A DNA stretch of 63,949 bases, the filler included, from Lenisia limosa (taxonomy: Eukaryota; Protista; Breviatea): assembly GCA_001655205.1 (NCBI GenBank). It is 11 parts of 11 records of this genome, joined end to end, with 100 filler letters (N's around TTAATTAATTAA, not from the genome) between each part and the next. Parts side by side here need not be neighbours in the genome. Positions count along the whole stretch, not along the records: positions 27,983 to 37,935 come from LPNZ01004569.1; positions 38,036 to 40,279 come from LPNZ01010995.1; positions 40,380 to 42,203 come from LPNZ01001711.1; positions 42,304 to 44,925 come from LPNZ01002852.1; positions 45,026 to 49,778 come from LPNZ01005787.1; positions 49,879 to 51,727 come from LPNZ01007762.1; 5 more parts are not named here. One strand, given 5' to 3'. Both the position numbers and the translations under genes were made by a program. Every line of letters begins with the position of its first letter. Position 1 is the stretch's first letter. The notes beneath the pieces are model-generated. The model saw only the letters and a program-made list of their open reading frames with translations. It had not been told where the DNA came from and did not search any database. Of this stretch, positions 34,101 through 49,948 are shown in pieces.

Positions 34101-37100
34101 GGTGCGGCAACGCTGGGTTGTTCTTGAGGCTTCTGGCTGGATCGCGTCGGACGTTTCTATGCAGGTTGGTGATACTGGGTTGATAGTTGCAGTAATGAAC
34201 TTGGCACCCCCCTCCATCCCTCCTATTACAATAGTAACGAGCTGATTTGGATTTTTTTGTTTCATAAATTTCCCAATTTTTCTCACCCCCACCCCCTTCA
34301 GCAATACTGGACACTGGTCGCATGGCCACGTAAACTGACTCAGGCCATTAGCTCGGCTCTGACCGACCTCAACTCCACAAAGACAAGGTACTTGGGGATA
34401 TAGCTGTTTGGGTATTGGGGGAAAGGTGGAATATTCAGTGTAATTGTAGGAAAGCGTTTATTATTATCCCCCCCCCCCTCAGATTTGAGCAAAACGTAAC
34501 CACAGATGCTGACGCGCTGGTCGCTAATCTGCGGGCACTTAAGGAGGAAGTAAAGGAGTTCGACTTGTTTGGGGACCTTGCTAATGCTGATAGGTTGGAG
34601 AAGTGGGATTAAACACTTGGAGATTTCGTTCCAATATTTANNNNNNNNNNNNNNNNNNNNNNNNNNNNNNNNNNNNNNNNNNNNNNNNNNNNNNNNNNNN
34701 NNNNNNNNNNNNNNNNNNNNNNNNNNNNNNNNNNNNNNNNNNNNNNNNNNNTCGACAGGGACTCTTTGGACACACTGCCATGGATGAAGTTGGGAGGGGT
34801 GTATTATTAGGGCTTCACTTTGGTTTTAAAAGGCCGATAAATATCTATAGTTTTCGAGGATTTATCGAGAAATTTTATCTTTTTTTGAACCGAAGTGAAG
34901 CCCTAGGTATAATGCTTGATGGTGTAGACGGCTTCAGTCAGATATAACTCTTGTTTTATTATTCATTTAAACTGTACGATACCCTCCAATTTTGCCTTTT
35001 TTGTTTCATTCATTTTTCAATTTTACCCCCCCCCCCCCCCNNNNNNNNNNNNNNNNNNNNNNNNNNNNNNNNNNNNNNNNNNNNNNNNNNNNNNNNNNNN
35101 NNNNNNNNNNNNNNNNNNNNNNNNNNNNNNNNNNNNNNGCTCTGGCCTGTGGCGGCGTCTTTTGCCCAGATCTTCCATCTGTGGCATGACGGGCCCTTTA
35201 GTGAGCTCAATGCAGCTCGGGTGGAGAATGACGCCCACAAGTGGTGGCTTGCAACACATCGGTAGGTGATTTCATATTTATCGCGGATTGTTTTTTGTTG
35301 TTCCTTTGTTCCTTTCTTCTTTTCTTCTTTTCTTCCTATGAATCTGTATTATTACATTTCATTAAACGAAATGGGATGCGGTGCTGTAGAAGCGACTGGC
35401 CTTTGCTTGTTTTGTTTTGTTGTCATCAACCCTCGTGTGTTTTTCAGCCAACATAATTGATCTGGGCTTTTTTGTTTCATTAAATGTCCATTCTTACCCG
35501 CCCACCCCACAGACTCTCGAAGTCTATGGACGAGTCCCTTCCGCCCCGGGCTGTTGCCTTGAAAATCGCTAATGAGTAAGGAGGGGGGGGGGAGGTACAA
35601 ACAGTCTAAGACCTTAAATTAGGTTAAACAATTAGTTCGATACAATTGTGACGTATTTCATTAATTTTATCCACACAAACCAGTCATAACCCCCCCCCCC
35701 CCTNNNNNNNNNNNNNNNNNNNNNNNNNNNNNNNNNNNNNNNNNNNNNNNNNNNNNNNNNNNNNNNNNNNNNNNNNNNNNNNNNNNNNNNNNNNNNNNNT
35801 TGGGCTATGATTTCGGCCAAGATTGGCAAGACAATTGCGTGAGAGGGGTGGTGGGTTATCTGCTGTACAATAACGTTTCACTTCGGTTCAAAAATGGACT
35901 GAATTTCGTGATAAATCCTCGAATACTATCGATAATTTACCTCTATTATTCTTACCGAAGTGAAGCCCTAGTATCGTAAAAATATATATTGGCATGTCAC
36001 TTCGTCTGCACCCGAGCTTCCCCAGTTATTTTGTTCAGACCTTCTCCAACACTTACATTGGCTCGCTTGCTGGAGATTATCACGACACCAGATGAGATTG
36101 CTGCCGTGGAGGAGGTTGGTGGAGTTTATTCTATTGTAGTTTATTGTAGTTTATTTTATTTTATTGTATTTTATTTTATTTNNNNNNNNNNNNNNNNNNN
36201 NNNNNNNNNNNNNNNNNNNNNNNNNNNNNNNNNNNNNNNNNNNNNNNNNNNNNNNNNNNNNNNNNNNNNNNNNNNNNNNNNNNNNNNNNNNNNNNNNNNN
36301 NNNNNNNNNNNNNNNNNNNNNNNNNNNNNNNNNNNNNNNNNNNNNNNNNNNNNNNNNNNNNNNNNNNNNTGTTTTTAACCTTTCAGGAACAAAAATTCGT
36401 ATTTTGGTGTTTTTTTTTTGTTTTTCATTTTGGCTAGTATTTATGAGAAGTCACCATATTCCAGGTACTCAAATTTGCTGTTCTCCCCCACCGTCGTACC
36501 AACACCTATGTGGTGTCTGAAGTAGATGAAATTTCGGTGCTAATTGACGACCAGCTTGTTAGGACCCAGGTGGGAACAACATGTACAAATATTTTAAGTT
36601 TTCCCCTGTATGTATGTACTTTGTGAACATTTTACGTTATTTAAAACGTAGCATTTTCCTTAACAAACTCACCATTTAAGGCTCTGCACGGTTCTGCATT
36701 TGTCAAGCCATTTGAACAACGAATTTGTTGGCAGAGTTTTTCATATTCTGCAGTCTTCTGGAATTAACATCTATAATGCTCTTCTTCTGTAAAGTAAATG
36801 TAATAATAATAAAAAAAATACAAGTCTACATAATTACATCATATATTATTCTGATATCTAATGAGGTGATGTACAACTGTTTAACTAATAAACTGCCGTC
36901 TCTCGAATTCATGTACCTTTGTTATCAACATATAAATTAAATTCAAGTAGAAGTCCAGGAATTACTATAGCAGAGGCACTATTTATCTAATGTAACTATT
37001 GTAACTACTGTAGACGAATGGTCATCTCGCCTCTCTACCATGGTGGATATTCTTGAAGTAAGAAGAGGATATTGTTGGATATCTGGAACAGATTGGTTAA

Positions 37101-37599
37101 AGTGTTTAGGCACTTTTTTTCTTTCATTGTTTTTTTTCAGATCTGGAGGGAGACTCAGCGCTTATGGCTCTATCTTGAACCGATTTTCGCCTCTGGTGAA
37201 ATTTCGAAGCAATTACCTGGAGAGGCTGAGCGCTTTGTCATTGCTGACAGGTTAGGAGATTGTGCGTTGTTGTTGTTGCTGCTACTGATTGTTTTTTTTC
37301 TTCTTCTTCTTCTAGTTGTACCTCTTCACAGTTGATTTTGGNNNNNNNNNNNNNNNNNNNNNNNNNNNNNNNNNNNNNNNNNNNNNNNNNNNNNNNNNNN
37401 NNNNNNNNNNNNNNNNNNNNNNNNNNNNNNNNNNNNNNTTTAAGGAACACAGTGGGATAGTAGCATAAAAATTTCACCACCACTAGCAATATTGTTATCA
37501 CATCATCATCATCATTGTCATCATCATTCTAACTTCTCAAGACATGGGCTCAGAAAGTCGCTGATGGAAGCCCTTGCACTTCTCAGTCGAATTCACAAG
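28160..37599 (+). CDS. Axonemal dynein heavy chain, stem / DHC_N2 region (partial, many exons, some in N gaps)
   Basis: PLIAIDTRPAKNAIAQRA, RQGLFG, LWPVAASFAQIFHLWHDGPFSELNAARVE, TYVVSEVDEISVLIDDQLVRTQ|ALHGSAFVKPFEQR, IWRETQRLWLYLEPIFASGEISKQLPGEAERF. Whether exons at 28160-31000 belong to the same gene is inferred from strand and continuity. Confidence 0.88.
29762..29897 (+). repeat. Family B intronic repeat ending at the 3' AG
   Basis: Near-consensus copy: GGATGCGGTGC..ATCAACCCTCATGTGTTGTCAGCCAACAGAGTTGAT..GTTTCATATTTCCC..CCCCCTCAG|exon. Confidence 0.92.
33155..33250. mobile_element. Family A MITE copy
   Basis: GGGCTTCACTGCAATTTGAAAAAGGCTGAAT...GGTCTTTTTCGAACCGAAGTGAAGCCCT. Confidence 0.82.
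34239..34301 (+). repeat. Family B 3' fragment ending at the 3' AG
   Basis: GAGCTGATTTGGATTTTTTTGTTTCATAAATTTCCCAATT..CCCCCTTCAG|exon. Confidence 0.75.
34808..34905. mobile_element. Family A MITE copy
   Basis: TA-GGGCTTCACTTTGGTTTT...GAACCGAAGTGAAGCCC-TA. Confidence 0.85.
34917..34960 (+). repeat. Family C fragment directly after a MITE
   Basis: TGATGGTGTAGACGGCTTCAGTCAGATATAAC. Confidence 0.7.
35371..35512 (+). repeat. Family B intronic repeat ending at the 3' AG
   Basis: ATGGGATGCGGTGCTGTAGAAGCGACTGGCC..ATCAACCCTCGTGTG..CAGCCAACATAATTGAT..CCCCACAG|exon. Confidence 0.9.
35871..35970. mobile_element. Family A MITE copy
   Basis: TAACGTTTCACTTCGGTTCAAAAATGGACTGAATTTC...ACCGAAGTGAAGCCCTA. 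Confidence 0.8.
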
Positions 37600-38189
37600 G
37601 TATTCAACAGGCAAATGGGTGGTACTCACATTTATGTACATTAATGTCTATCCACATCTGGTGTTCGTTTTATTTCGACAGTAAAGCACTCTCTTTCTCA
37701 TGTTGTAAAAGTTGAATTTTAATGTGTATCTACAGTGACCACGATAGGTCCCGACACGGTTGACTAAATATATATCTCAATCTGTGTACATTGTATAACA
37801 TATCAGTTGTGTTTCGATTACTAACGAAGTAAATGTCGATAATACATCAGTTATCTTTGACTTTTTGTAACCTACTAGGGCCTTTCCAACTTTTTGGACG
37901 CCAAGAGAGCCACTTTCCCCCGCTTCTACTTCCTGNNNNNNNNNNNNNNNNNNNNNNNNNNNNNNNNNNNNNNNNNNNNTTAATTAATTAANNNNNNNNN
38001 NNNNNNNNNNNNNNNNNNNNNNNNNNNNNNNNNNNAAGTGATATTTGATTGTGGTATAATATTAATTCACTCAATCATTTGCCTTACAGCTTTCAGTATC
38101 ATATACTACATATATCATACTATGTAGTGCGAGCTTTTTCTTGCATAAGCTTATTATGTTGATAGTATGTACTGGGTAGTGATAGGACT

Positions 38190-39330
38190 CACCCATCACA
38201 GCAAGCGCTCAACAGTATGGAGAAGGATCAAAAAATTCTGATCCAGTTCTACCTCAAGGCTAAGATCTTCATCAAGGTTTGGAGACTACAGGACATTAAG
38301 TGCTCCCGCTTCTTCTGTCCCTCCTCACCCCCCCCCCCCNNNNNNNNNNNNNNNNNNNNNNNNNNNNNNNNNNNNNNNNNNNNNNNNNNNNNNNNNNNNN
38401 NNNNNNNNNNNNNNNNNNNNNNNNNNNNNNNNNNNNNNNNNNNNNNNNNNNNNNNNNNNNNNNNNAAGGATAAGTGTTATATTGGCATTGTGACTGTAAC
38501 CGGCACAGGCCTTGTCACGGTTCTACCATACGATCGCGACGTCCCCCGGGTGCAGCAAACTCTACAAGGACCTCTCAAAAGTACGCACTTCATTTTTCCC
38601 TTTCCCTTTGCACCGCTCACCTTGCAGTCGGTGGAGTTCAAAGAAGGCTTCCAGGCTGTGATGGAGTCTTTCACTGCGCGCGAGAGGACAAAAACTCAAA
38701 CTGGGTGGGAAGGGCTAGAGAATAGTCACGCGTTCAACTTCTGGAAACCGTTGTTTCACTTTTTAGCTTCTTCAAGTTTATTCGTGACAAGCATTAGGCG
38801 CTTTCTTATTATTTAGTGGTTTTTCTTTCTGTATGATATTGGATATATCTTTGGTTCCCTTCTTCATCGAGTTTTTGGAAACTGAAATATGCAGCCCTTA
38901 TGTATCTACAATCTACTATCTCTTCAGTTGACTCAGGAACTATAATCAAGAGACCAAGTGGTAAAAATGCCCATTTCTTCTGGGCCGAAGCCACTTACAA
39001 GATATCCAACCTGTAAGCCAACCAAGAGAGAGAGAGAGAGAGAGAGAGAGCAAAGAAACTCTTATTCACAAACATTTTGCGGGAATAAATAAGACGGTGT
39101 TTGGGAGGAACAGACCACTAACACACTCGAGGAGATTCTTCCTTTCTTTTCGACATCATGCCCCATGATCAATAAGACAAGACAGTGGACAGCGCAACCT
39201 TTTCGATATGTTGCGGGGTGACGTCATCACTGCCCTCACTCAAGGCCAAGTCACATGCCTTCTCAAGACATTCTGAACTGTCAGTGTTTGCATCATCCGT
39301 TAGCGCAGCAAAATTATATCATAGCATAAT
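38190..39330 (+). CDS. Multi-exon hypothetical protein fragment
   Basis: GT-AG exons QALNSMEKDQKILIQFYLKAKIFIK, AQALSRFYHTIATSPGCSKLYKDLSK|SVEFKEGFQAVMESF, FWKLKYAALMYLQS. Confidence 0.5.
39024..39050. repeat. (GA)n microsatellite
   Basis: Direct reading. Confidence 0.9.
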
Positions 39331-39404
39331 GTTACAATATCTTATATTTTGATGCGAAATGAGAAATGTGTATTTGTAGAAATATGAAACATCATTTGTA
39401 TTAT

Positions 39405-39491
39405 AATATAATCCAATATCTCTACGCGTGATGGTGTGGACGGCTTCAGCCAGATACAACCTTATTGTTTATTTCTCATTGCTATATATAC
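39405..39491 (+). repeat. Family C dispersed repeat
   Basis: TATATAATCCAATATCTCTACGCGTGATGGTGTGGACGGCTTCAGCCAGATACAACCTT..TTTCTCATTGCTATAT. Confidence 0.85.
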
Positions 39492-40512
39492 AACGCGTAG
39501 GCTGCAATAGGAACAGATCTGTATTTGAAGCACATGTCACATAAATATATTAGCAGAATCCTGAAACTAATCATAGATAGTGCTATTTTACTTGGCCATA
39601 TGGCGAGGCCATGTAATATATCCATTTCAGCCAATACCCACCTTTCATAAACTTGCCATAAAGTGCGGAGAGCAGCTGAAGGCTTTCATTATTGACTAAA
39701 TTTTCAATAAAACAAAACTCTCAGAAGGACAATCGGTCAATCTATTCTCGCATGTTTTTTATCCTCCTTCCCTTGCATTTAACTCTGTCCTTTTCCATGT
39801 AAAACAAGAAAAAGAAAAAAGTATTATTTTATTATGAAGTGCTTTGACTATTGCTTCAAGGACCAATCCTCCAACCTTTCAGTTTGGAATCAGCCTTTGC
39901 TAGAGAGTGGTTGATGATAGGCTTCAAGGCTGTCTGTGAACTGTTAAACCACCACCAACATAATTTTATTCACCTACGAATTTGCAATAATTGTATCAAA
40001 GAATTTCATATGATCAACGAATAATGAATGTTCAAGATCTGGAGAAAACGATATCGATATATTTATAATTAGTAATATATCCTACTACTAAAGGAGCAGT
40101 AATAAAAAAATGTACCAACAACAAATGCACCAACAGCTTTGAGTTCAAGTAATAACATATAACAAAACGGTTGCAGCTTCTTGCCCATGTACAACCATTC
40201 AACTTCTCTTCAGTATTGGAGACAAAGTGTCAGAGAAAACGAAATATAAGACCCAATCAAATCAACAGCAACGTTCCCCNNNNNNNNNNNNNNNNNNNNN
40301 NNNNNNNNNNNNNNNNNNNNNNNTTAATTAATTAANNNNNNNNNNNNNNNNNNNNNNNNNNNNNNNNNNNNNNNNNNNNTAAAACCCCTCCCAAAAAAGT
40401 AATTAATAAGCGTAAAAGGCCCTTTTTTTCAAAAAAAAAAGTAATTAAGCATTAAGCCCACACCACACACATTATTTAGATCAAAAACCTCCCTAAATTA
40501 TACGAAAAAACG

Positions 40513-41420
40513 CCCCCCACATTATCGAGAGCAAACGTCATGCTAGCCAGGGCTTTGAAGATGAACAAAACACAATTCAGCCTATTGTCGATACTCTTGA
40601 ACAGGTTGCGATAGTGCGAGGGGTTCGGATCGAAGTTACTGCCAAGGGTGAAAATTACGACTCTGTGTAATCAATTTTGGGAAGAGAATAATTTTAAATT
40701 AAAGTTCCTAATAGTATGTCGTTCCCATTACAAGATGTTCAGTTGGCTGAAGCCGCCCCCACTATCATATTAATAAGGCAAATTGTAGAATACAGTAACA
40801 GGTTTAGGCCTGGACCGATTTAACACAAGGAAAATCGAGCAAGATTTATCCAGGTCACTGTACATTTTGAGCCCCTCCCTAACAATAAAATAGTTACCCC
40901 CTTCCTAATTTTTATATTTTCCATTATAAACTTCTCCCTTAATTCCCCTCAAACAATAGGATTACAGCAGCAGAAAATGGAAGAGCAAGAGCCAAAATTG
41001 TTGCCGAGAACCACTACAATATCACAATAAAAATGGGGTATAGCTAGGGCTTTACTACGGTCCCAAAAAAGACTGAATTTCCCGATAAATTCTTAAATGG
41101 TCTTTTTCGGACCGCAGGAAAGCCCTAGGTTTAACACAATAATAGCATGCTTATATGTAGAGATGAGAAATATATATGACCTTGCAATAAGTCCTGACAC
41201 GGATACTGAGCTTTATGTCAATCGTGTCAGGACTCACGGTACTGTCTTCGATATACAGTGACCGGGAGTCTTGACCTATTATCCCTGGGCAATTATATAC
41301 CAAATTCAAGACTTATCCCGCTCACTGCATGCATGATATCAATTATTCCTTGTACCAGAAACTTACCTTAATTACGTCTTGATTATCGGCCGTGCCATCA
41401 ATCTGAAACTATTGAGAAAC
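40513..41420 (-). CDS. Multi-exon hypothetical protein fragment
   Basis: Minus-strand GT-AG exons FQIDGTADNQDVIK, GQDSRSLYIEDST, VVIFTLGSNFDPNPSHYRNLFKSIDNRLNCVLFIFKALASMTFALDN|gtgggg. Confidence 0.45.
41045..41127. mobile_element. Family A MITE copy (short)
   Basis: TA-GGGCTTTACTACGGTCCC..GACTGAATTTCCCGATAAAT..GGACCGCAGGAAAGCCC-TA. Confidence 0.8.
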
Positions 41421-42325
41421 TTTTTCTTTATATTATTAAATAAATCTGAAATATTTCAGAAAATTTATGTTTATCTACTAATAATCGTGTAAGACTAAAA
41501 TGATCAAATATACAAATTTTAATGACTATATCGATATCCATCTGGAACACATGAAAAGTGTGTTTTTTTAATATATGCATCTGAATATGTATATACGAAA
41601 GTGTGAAATAATGCAATAAATAAGTGCAAAATTCATCCAACATCACGTTGAGAAAAGAATATTACCAATATTATTTTAGTGGTTTTGTACAATTTACTTC
41701 GAAATCAATTTGATACTTCCCGCGGGATGTCTTGAACAATACGACTCACAAAAAGAAAAAAAATGGCTTTTTAACAAGAAATATCAAATAAAAAGAAGCC
41801 GCAGGAAGTCTATCCTGTTAAAATAGGTCCGCTAAAAATTGGTTGTGAGGTACTGATGAGGAAGTATGGTACCTTCAATCTGGGCTCCTTTGTATTTTGA
41901 ATTCAACAAAATAAAGGGCTCAATTGGGGGTAGAGGACACGTGGAATATTATTTTAATTCAATTTTGTTCCGCAGGATAATTTGTTTGCTGGACATTTTA
42001 GATAAACACCAGTTAGTGCAACTCTCATTCTTAAAAAATTAAATAATAACAAGGGAAAGTCAACTTGGACAAAGCCGCGGGAATTCCTTTCCGAATATAT
42101 TTGATATACAAAATCCTTTTTAGCGTGTGTGTTGTTGAAAAAGTTATCCCGAGAATTCATATTCATATCATGGATAGTTATGCTTCATTTGTCATGCGGA
42201 AATNNNNNNNNNNNNNNNNNNNNNNNNNNNNNNNNNNNNNNNNNNNNTTAATTAATTAANNNNNNNNNNNNNNNNNNNNNNNNNNNNNNNNNNNNNNNNN
42301 NNNCACAACTTACCTTCTCTTTTCA

Positions 42326-42379
42326 AAGAGTTGATTTTGGGCTTTTTGTTTCATAAATTTCCTTCGTTTTACTCCATAG
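42326..42379 (+). repeat. Family B 3' fragment ending at the 3' AG
   Basis: AGAGTTGATTTTGGGCTTTTTGTTTCATAAATTTCCTTCGTTTTACTCCATAG|exon. Confidence 0.85.
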
Positions 42380-42495
42380 CCTACCTCCAAGACATTGGTT
42401 TCGGCCGAATCTATGAGGCCACGACCTTCGACTCCACTGACGAACTTCTCAATAGTCGTTTGGAGCTTGTGGGTGCTATCCTGAAGAAACTCTAG
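42380..42495 (+). CDS. Terminal exon of an unidentified gene
   Basis: YLQDIGFGRIYEATTFDSTDELLNSRLELVGAILKKL* with C-ending codon bias after a clear acceptor. Confidence 0.6.
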
Positions 42496-43154
42496 CTAGA
42501 CTGTTTTCTTTTGTTATTTTTGTTTTTGTACTTCTGTAATTCTTTATGGTTTTAGTATTTTTGAATAATTTATATCTTTCTTAGCTATATTTGGCGGAGA
42601 TTAATGAAAGCAGAAGTGACGTGACTTTAGCTCAACATTATTTGACATAGTGTTTACTGTTACAATTTTATATATTCGCATCATTCAGTACATTAAAGCA
42701 TATAATAAAATTTATTATTTTATTGACATAAGTTCGAAATAAGCTGTTCAATTTTGAAAGTTTCTCAGCAACCACTCAAGTTATATTTAAAAATTGATTC
42801 TACAAAAGATGGCCAATTATTGTGCAAGCCTTTAAAATGACCCAGTACAAAGTCTTGTATAATATTTTAAATTGTTTTTGAATGGAAGTCAATGGGTTCA
42901 AAGGCGCATACAGCATTTAAAGATTTTTTGGGGTGCTTTTTGTTAATTTATATGATATGCGTCTGTGTCAAGATCAGACAGAGAGTCAATGATAATAAAT
43001 TCTTAATGCTACAAGCAAGTATGATCAGCAAATCAAGAAAATTGAAGTGCAATCTCTGTGCCCTGTCTGTTGTGGTCATATTTAACATGTATTTTCACAT
43101 TTATACAATAGCCACAATAAGAAAGTCTAAGAAATGAATAAAACAAGCAAAAGA

Positions 43155-44925
43155 TTACATCTCGAGAGCCATGGCCACACCCATGCCGCCACCAACACAG
43201 AGAGAGCAGATGCCCTTCTTAGCGCCACGCGCCTTCATGGCGTGGATGAGCGTCACGAGGACGCGAGTTCCTGAGCAGCCGATGGGATGGCCAATTGCGA
43301 TGGCCCCACCGTTGACGTTCACCTTTGAGGCGTCAAGGCCGAGCTCCTGGGGGGGGGGGGNNNNNNNNNNNNNNNNNNNNNNNNNNNNNNNNNNNNNNNN
43401 NNNNNNNNNNNNNNNNNNNNNNNNNNNNNNNNNNNNNNNNNNNNNNNNNNNNNNNNNNNNNNNNNNNNNNNNAAAAAGGGGGTGAAAATGGGGAATTTTG
43501 ATGGTGGAAATGGGACAGTTTTGGGATGAAAAGAACTGCAGGAGGTGGGAGGGACCCCATACCTGGACGCAGGCGAGGGACTGGGCAGCAAAGGCCTCGT
43601 TAAGTTCGAAGATGTCGACCTCGTCCTTGTTCCATCCGGTCTTCTCAAGGACCTTGGTCACGGCAGGGATGGGGCTGGAATGTGAGAAGAACGTAAAGGC
43701 CTTTTGGTTTAATGATTGTTAATGACGTGACGAAAGGGATGAGTAGTAATTGGAAGGAAAAAGAAGGTCTTTTTGAGGGGTTGTTTATGATTGTACAGGA
43801 GGAGAACGGATGGGGCTGGGGTTGGGTTGATCATCATATGGATTTGACAGGATTAATGATTGTAAATGAAGGGGCTTGGGTTGTTGATGACTGGGTGCGA
43901 CTTGTGTAATGTAAGACAACGTCTTTTGGACTAACGCTGGTCAATGTTGCGAACAGGGCTTCACTTCAGTTCAAAACAAGACTGAATTTCTCGATAAATC
44001 TTCGATAAGTATCGATATTTTATCGGTCTTTTTCGAACCTAAGTGAAGCCTTAATTGTGAATGAAGGGGAAGGATGGGGTTGTAACTGAATCTATACGGG
44101 GAGGTCAAAAAAGGCCTTCTTGAGTACCTCGTGATGGTGGAGATGGTAAAACCCAGAATCAACTCTANNNNNNNNNNNNNNNNNNNNNNNNNNNNNNNNN
44201 NNNNNNNNNNNNNNNNNNNNNNNNNNNNNNNNNNNNNNNNNNNNNNNNNNNNNNNNNNNNNNNNNNNNNNNNNNNNNNNNNNNNNNNNNNNNNNNNNNNN
44301 NNNNGTCGATCTTGCGCGCGGCGGCATCTTCGTCGGACATCAGGACTACGGCGGCGGCACCATCATTGATGCCGGAAGCGTTGGCTGCCGTCACGGAGCT
44401 GAATAGTCAGGAAAGGGGGGAAATTTACAAGGGAAGCGGGGGTATATAGCCTCACCAGATTAGCAACTCAAATCCCATCATTAGCGCTCTAGCACTTCCA
44501 ACTCTGTACACCCAGCTTTCTGCGTGCAAGCATACCCCCCACCCCACCCGGTGCCGTCACGCTGGAAGGCGGGCTTGGGCTTGCCGATAGAGGCCATGGT
44601 GGCTCCGGCACGGGGGAACTCATCGGTGTCGACAACGACGGTGGCCTTACGGCTGGCAACCTGGGGGTCAAAACGAAGATGTTATATAAAAAAGGGGGTT
44701 TCAAAAAAGGAAATATCGATAAGAGTATGGGAATGGTAAAATTTATGAAACAAAAAAAAAAGCCCAACACCAACTCCGTAGGCTAGCAACACCCGAGGGT
44801 TGACAACAAGGAGCACAAAAATAAGCACCGAAAGCACCAAAGAGAGGCAAAGAAGCACAAAAACAAGCACGTGGCATACCTCAACAGGGACGATCTCAGC
44901 CTTGAAGAGACCGGCCTTGATGGCT
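43155..44925 (-). CDS. Acetyl-CoA C-acetyltransferase (thiolase), C-terminal half; 5' end cut
   Basis: [63 protein letters not shown] thiolase signatures. Confidence 0.95.
43954..44053. mobile_element. Family A MITE copy
   Basis: CAGGGCTTCACTTCAGTTC..GACTGAATTTCTCGATAAATC..GGTCTTTTTCGAACCTAAGTGAAGCCTTA. Confidence 0.85.
44738..44810 (-). repeat. Family B intronic repeat
   Basis: Sense read TTGTTGTCAACCCTCGGGTGTTGCTAGCCTACGGAGTTGGT..GGGCTTTTT..GTTTCATAAATTTTAC in a thiolase intron. Confidence 0.85.
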
Positions 44926-45144
44926 NNNNNNNNNNNNNNNNNNNNNNNNNNNNNNNNNNNNNNNNNNNNTTAATTAATTAANNNNNNNNNNNNNNNNNNN
45001 NNNNNNNNNNNNNNNNNNNNNNNNNGGACAGTCGAATGAGGGTGGCTGACCCGACCGAAGAGCAAATCAACGTCCCGAAGGTATTAATTGCTCTGGCGCT
45101 AAGACTTCCTGACTTCCATTGCTCTGTCGCTAAGACTTCCTACC

Positions 45145-45450
45145 TCACCCCATCAGTTTACCCCATGGTACTGGCGCTACCGCTTCCCTGTCAACGTTGA
45201 CGATCTCGAAAGCAAGTATTCCTCCTTCACTGAGACCGTGCGAGGGGAAATGGGCTGGAGATATGATAGGGAGCCTTTCAGGGCATTGGAGTCTCATACC
45301 GTCGTCATCCACTGATCCTAATCTTTTTAGGTTGTCAAAATGGTCCAGAAGTCTGGCCGTTACCACCATTAAACTGTCGTCATATTTCCTCTGATATCAC
45401 ATTTCAATGTTGTCGAGGACAGGGTTTTGTGGATGTTCTGTTGCTTCCAT
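45145..45450 (-). CDS. Hypothetical exon(s); reading frame contains one in-frame TGA
   Basis: MEATEHPQNPVLDNIEM*YQRKYDDSLMVVTARLLDHFDNLKRL..PWGKLMG|gtgagg. Confidence 0.3.
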
Positions 45451-45570
45451 TTCAGAATTTTTGAAAGAAAAGCTTCATACGCTCATGCCCATAAAGTCTA
45501 GACATGAGATAAAAAAAGAAAAACGGTCTTCACCATATGAAGAAAGACATGAACAAATACATTGCAGAAC

Positions 45571-49735
<4,165 letters not shown>

Positions 49736-49948
49736 CTATTAGAATCCCCCAACAAGCACAGCTGACACCTCGATATTCNNNNNNNNNNNNNNNNNNNNNN
49801 NNNNNNNNNNNNNNNNNNNNNNTTAATTAATTAANNNNNNNNNNNNNNNNNNNNNNNNNNNNNNNNNNNNNNNNNNNNATCAGGGTGAATAATGATGATC
49901 ATGTGTTGGCAATGTTATTGACAAGATAAAAACAAACAGCTCCCCTAC

